This document shows positions 7,489 to 10,149 of a stretch of DNA of 10,149 nt, in pieces. The stretch comes from Verrucomicrobiota bacterium (GTDB lineage: Bacteria; Verrucomicrobiota; Verrucomicrobiia; Opitutales; Cerasicoccaceae). Under the pieces are notes generated by a model, which had not been told where the DNA came from, did no database searches, and saw nothing but the letters and a program-made list of their open reading frames with translations. The stretch spans positions 1 to 10,149 of the forward strand of contig JBCBUK010000037.1 in NCBI GenBank assembly GCA_039818205.1, written 5' to 3'. The position numbers were made by a program, and so were the translations under genes. Every line of letters starts with the position of its first letter. Positions within the stretch are counted from its first letter, which is position 1.

Positions 7489-8324
7489 AGCCTGTCCGCC
7501 GCCGCGAAGTTGTCCGGCATTATCAGGCTGTGATTGAGGTGTCGGAGCGCCGTGCGTGCAATGCCATGGGCTTCGGGCGGGCTTCTCACAGATATCAATC
7601 CAGACGCGACCCTGAGGTGGAACTTCGCATACGGCTAAAGGAGCTAGCCGAAAGCCGGGTTCGATACGGGTACCGTCGTCTGCATATCCTATTGCAGCGC
7701 GAGGGTTGGCATGTGAACCACAAGCGCCTGTATCGGCTATATTGCGAAGAGGGTTTGTCAATCCGCACCCGCAATCCGAAGCGGCGGCGTGCCTGCCGGT
7801 ATCGCACCTGCCGATCCGAAGCGGACGGCATGAACGATGTCTGGGCGATGGACTTCATGTCGGACCGGCTGTTTGACGAAAAACCATTCCGAATTCTGAC
7901 CATCGTGGACTGTTTTACGAGAGAGGCTCTCGTGACCGCTGCGAGGACGAAATTCCGTGCCTATCAGGTCATAGACGAGTTGGACCGGCTGGCGCGCGTT
8001 AGAGGTAAGCCGCGGAGCATTCGGGTTGACAACGGCCCAGAGTTTGCTGGTCGACTTCTCGATCAGTGGGCTTATTTGAACAAAGTCGAATTGGACTTCT
8101 CCAGGCCAGGAAAACCAACAGACAATGCCTACATGAAGTCCTTCAACAGCCGTCTTCGACAGGAATGTCTGAACGCATCGTAGTTCCTGTCCATGGATGA
8201 CGCACGCATCCGGATCAACAATTGGAGGACTGATTACAACGATACCAGGCCGCATTCATCGCTCGGAAACTTGACCCCGAGCGAATTTGCGGCCCAACTT
8301 AACGAAACCCGAAAGGTCGCATGA
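7482..8324 (+). pseudogene. IS3-family transposase OrfB (DDE integrase core) with a nonsense mutation and catalytic Glu->Lys
   Basis: RYGYRRL, WAMDF, LTIVDCFTRE, IRVDNGPEF, PGKPTDNAYMKSFN. In-frame TAG at 8181-8183 where Trp is expected. Conserved sequence continues for 46 codons (FLSMDDAR...YNDTRPHSSLGNLTP) to TGA at 8322-8324. Confidence 0.93.
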
Positions 8325-8353
8325 ACGCCGGACCAAAAAAGGGGTGAACTCCA

Positions 8354-8403
8354 CCCAGTCATGCACTAACAATCAAAACGGATCACTCAGGTGGGGCAGG
8401 TCA
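8354..8403 (+). mobile_element. Right end (IRR) remnant of a second IS3-family element
   Basis: Reverse complement reads TGACCTGCCCCACCTGAGTGATCCGTTTTGATTGTTAG; TGACCTGCCCC is an IS407-group-type terminus. Preceded by CCA GTC ATG CAC TAA (PVMH*), a possible last piece of another transposase. Directly abuts the 8353 end. Confidence 0.65.
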
Positions 8404-8616
8404 ATTGAGCTTCCACGACTACCTGTTTGAAAAGAAACACATCCCTGAAACGAAATTAGTTCCTTAGCTGCCGACATGATAACCGCATTAGCTTTTCACC
8501 TACGATAACGTTGACACGTTCAGCTTCGAAGTCGCGAGCAGCCCGGTCACATTCCTGAATACTGATGCAACAACTATCTCAGACCTGCTTCCGAGTATTG
8601 AAAAATAGAGTCAAAG

Positions 8617-9783
8617 ATGAAAATCGCGTTCGTAAAGCAAGACGTCTATCAAGACTTGTATGTTTGCCCTTCAGGTACAAAGGATGCCGCGGAACTGCTT
8701 TTTTCTTCCATGATGCGCGTCGGACCGGTTGGGCTATTTTCCAAACTGGACAGTTCTTTTTTCATTGTCGAGGAAGATTTCGCACCAGAATGTCAGATCT
8801 ATCGGACCGTTATTCCCAAAATTGCTGATAATGTGCGACTGTTAAAGACGAAAACGATCGACCAAATGCCCGGCGGTGAGTTCAAGGTTCCCGGCAGCCC
8901 TCATCCCAACGGCGCTTTCTCTGTGCCGTGCCGCTCAATCAACTGGTCAGAGTTTGATGTTGTTATCTCTGTTAACATCTCTATTCCGACCGAGGTCGTC
9001 CATCAGCACCCAAACGTTCTATTCTGCTACATGATTGGCGAAGCCAATCTGGCCTCGAAGTGGGCTGATTTCGGATATGATATCTGTTTGAACCAACTCA
9101 TTTCCGAAAAGGTCACGTCACGAATTGGCGGCGCGATCGATTTCCCATATACGTTTTTGGGACCAGATTGCCTTGCGAATATCATGGGCCGAGAGACGGC
9201 GAGGCCCTCTCTGCAAGACGGCATATACGCAGAAATAAACATGTCACCAGAAAGGCCAGTTCAATCTGCCCCTACCGTACTCCAGCCACTCGTGGACGCT
9301 GGATATAAGATCCGCATTCACAAGCAAAAGATCTTTGATAATCTGCTCGAACTTTACGATGCAAAGTACTTTGTCAAACTGGGTGGTAGAAAAATTCGCG
9401 GAAACTCGACAATCGAAGCAATTTCCAGCGGAACCTTAGCGCTTCTTCCCCGCGAAACTTTGATACACTCTGAACTCCTGCCACAAGAGTGTTCAGTTGA
9501 AACCATTGAAGATCTGACAGACAAAATCAGATACCTTGATGATAATCCCGCCGAATACCAGCGTTTGCTGGGCTTGCAGCGTGACATTGTCCGAAAGCTG
9601 TGTTTCGAAAACGCTGTCAAATCGTTGGAGCTCTGCTTGGAAGACAAAAGACGAATCACGTCGAAATGGAGTGCGTTTTCGCGCGCACTTCAAGTACAAC
9701 GACGCTTGTCGGCGAAATCAAAACCGGCCATCGACAAAAAAATGAGAAAGTTACGAGGATTACGCGCTAAATTGAAGTTCTGA
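8617..9783 (+). CDS. Hypothetical protein, putative GT-B-fold glycosyltransferase
   Basis: 388-aa ORF beginning with an MKIAFV beta-strand. C-terminal AKYFVKL...GNSTIEAISSGTLAL...ETIEDLTDKIRYLDDNP resembles the GT-B nucleotide-binding segment. Polysaccharide locus context. The ORF is clearly real; the function is tentative. Confidence 0.6.
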   Translation: MKIAFVKQDVYQDLYVCPSGTKDAAELLFSSMMRVGPVGLFSKLDSSFFIVEEDFAPECQIYRTVIPKIADNVRLLKTKTIDQMPGGEFKVPGSPHPNGAFSVPCRSINWSEFDVVISVNISIPTEVVHQHPNVLFCYMIGEANLASKWADFGYDICLNQLISEKVTSRIGGAIDFPYTFLGPDCLANIMGRETARPSLQDGIYAEINMSPERPVQSAPTVLQPLVDAGYKIRIHKQKIFDNLLELYDAKYFVKLGGRKIRGNSTIEAISSGTLALLPRETLIHSELLPQECSVETIEDLTDKIRYLDDNPAEYQRLLGLQRDIVRKLCFENAVKSLELCLEDKRRITSKWSAFSRALQVQRRLSAKSKPAIDKKMRKLRGLRAKLKF

Positions 9784-9864
9784 CTCCAATTTGCGTACAA
9801 ATACTTTGTTTAACCGCCCTCGATGTTTACGACTGAGATGCAATGCAATGAGGTTACTTATTCA

Positions 9865-10149
9865 TCAGGTCATAAGAAATCTGGTGTAATTCGCTTCAAG
9901 GATGGACTTGTAGTAGAGGGCAGCGTCACGCAAAGCGGCGCGGTGGTTGCGTTCTTCGTCAGGCATGCTGACAATCGCCTGGGCAAACTCCTCGTCACTT
10001 ACGGCGGAAATCGCGTTGCCGTGGGACAGGAAAGCCTGCATCGCGATCCCTCTTGAATGGATAATGGACTTCTGCGCTGCGACCGCGTCCTGAATGATAC
10101 CGGACCCCTGCAAACCGTAGAATTTCGTGTCATACGGCAACAGGATCGC
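9865..10149 (-). CDS. C-terminal part of a GT-B (GT4-like) glycosyltransferase; 5' end lies outside the window
   Basis: Frame is open to the window edge: AILLPYDTKFYGLQGSGIIQDAVAAQKSII, matching the LLPY...SG...[DE]A...KPVI pattern. Tandem TGA TGA stops at 9867-9862. Confidence 0.7.
   Translation of the reverse strand, partial: AILLPYDTKFYGLQGSGIIQDAVAAQKSIIHSRGIAMQAFLSHGNAISAVSDEEFAQAIVSMPDEERNHRAALRDAALYYKSILEANYTRFLMT

Larger units (their letters stand above)
7125..8353 (+). mobile_element. IS3-family insertion sequence (IS407 group), inactivated
   Basis: orfA/orfB organisation with an A6G frameshift site. Imperfect TG...CA termini: left TGGTCTTGACCCTT at 7125 vs reverse complement of the right end TGGAGTTCACCCCT from 8353 (10/14). 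About 1.23 kb. The left boundary is ambiguous (see findings). Confidence 0.88.

Noticed and set aside
8181..8183. Recoded TAG (pyrrolysine or readthrough) in orfB
   Set aside because: It is one transition from a conserved Trp codon, the catalytic Glu is also mutated, and TAG serves as a normal stop at 1590 and 4674.
7219..8255. Minus-strand ORFs of 180, 102 and 165 aa inside the IS
   Set aside because: Antisense shadows of the transposase frames with no recognisable motifs.
8511..8545. TTGACA upstream of the 8617 gene as a promoter
   Set aside because: No plausible -10 element at 16-18 bp spacing.
9784..9864. Intrinsic terminator between the convergent genes
   Set aside because: Only a weak AT-rich 5-bp stem (ATTTG/CAAAT); no GC-rich hairpin with a U tract.
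1..10149. CRISPR arrays, tRNA/rRNA genes, phage or defence genes
   Set aside because: No regularly spaced repeats, RNA-gene signatures or such protein motifs were seen.

Overview
Bacterial surface-polysaccharide (LPS O-antigen/capsule-type) locus, probably alphaproteobacterial (weak inference from IS style and promoter form). The core is an apparently complete six-gene minus-strand operon (6757 down to 558): a DdhC/RfbH-like PLP enzyme, an abequose/paratose-synthase-like SDR, rfbG, rfbF, a divergent GT-B glycosyltransferase and a GT-A glycosyltransferase. It is flanked by a C-terminally truncated WcaC-like GT4 gene (left edge), a dead and apparently chimeric IS3-family (IS407-group) element, a lower-GC orphan GT-B-like gene, and the 3' end of another glycosyltransferase (right edge). 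Best lead: the DdhC-like enzyme keeps the dehydratase Lys->His substitution but lacks the [2Fe-2S] ligands, and the operon has no DdhD/E3 reductase. This suggests an Fe-S/reductase-independent (ColD-like) route to a CDP-3,6-dideoxyhexose. A co-translated GT4-like enzyme has lost the Glu that normally binds the donor 3-OH. All family assignments come from motif recognition and remembered reference sequences; no database searches were run.
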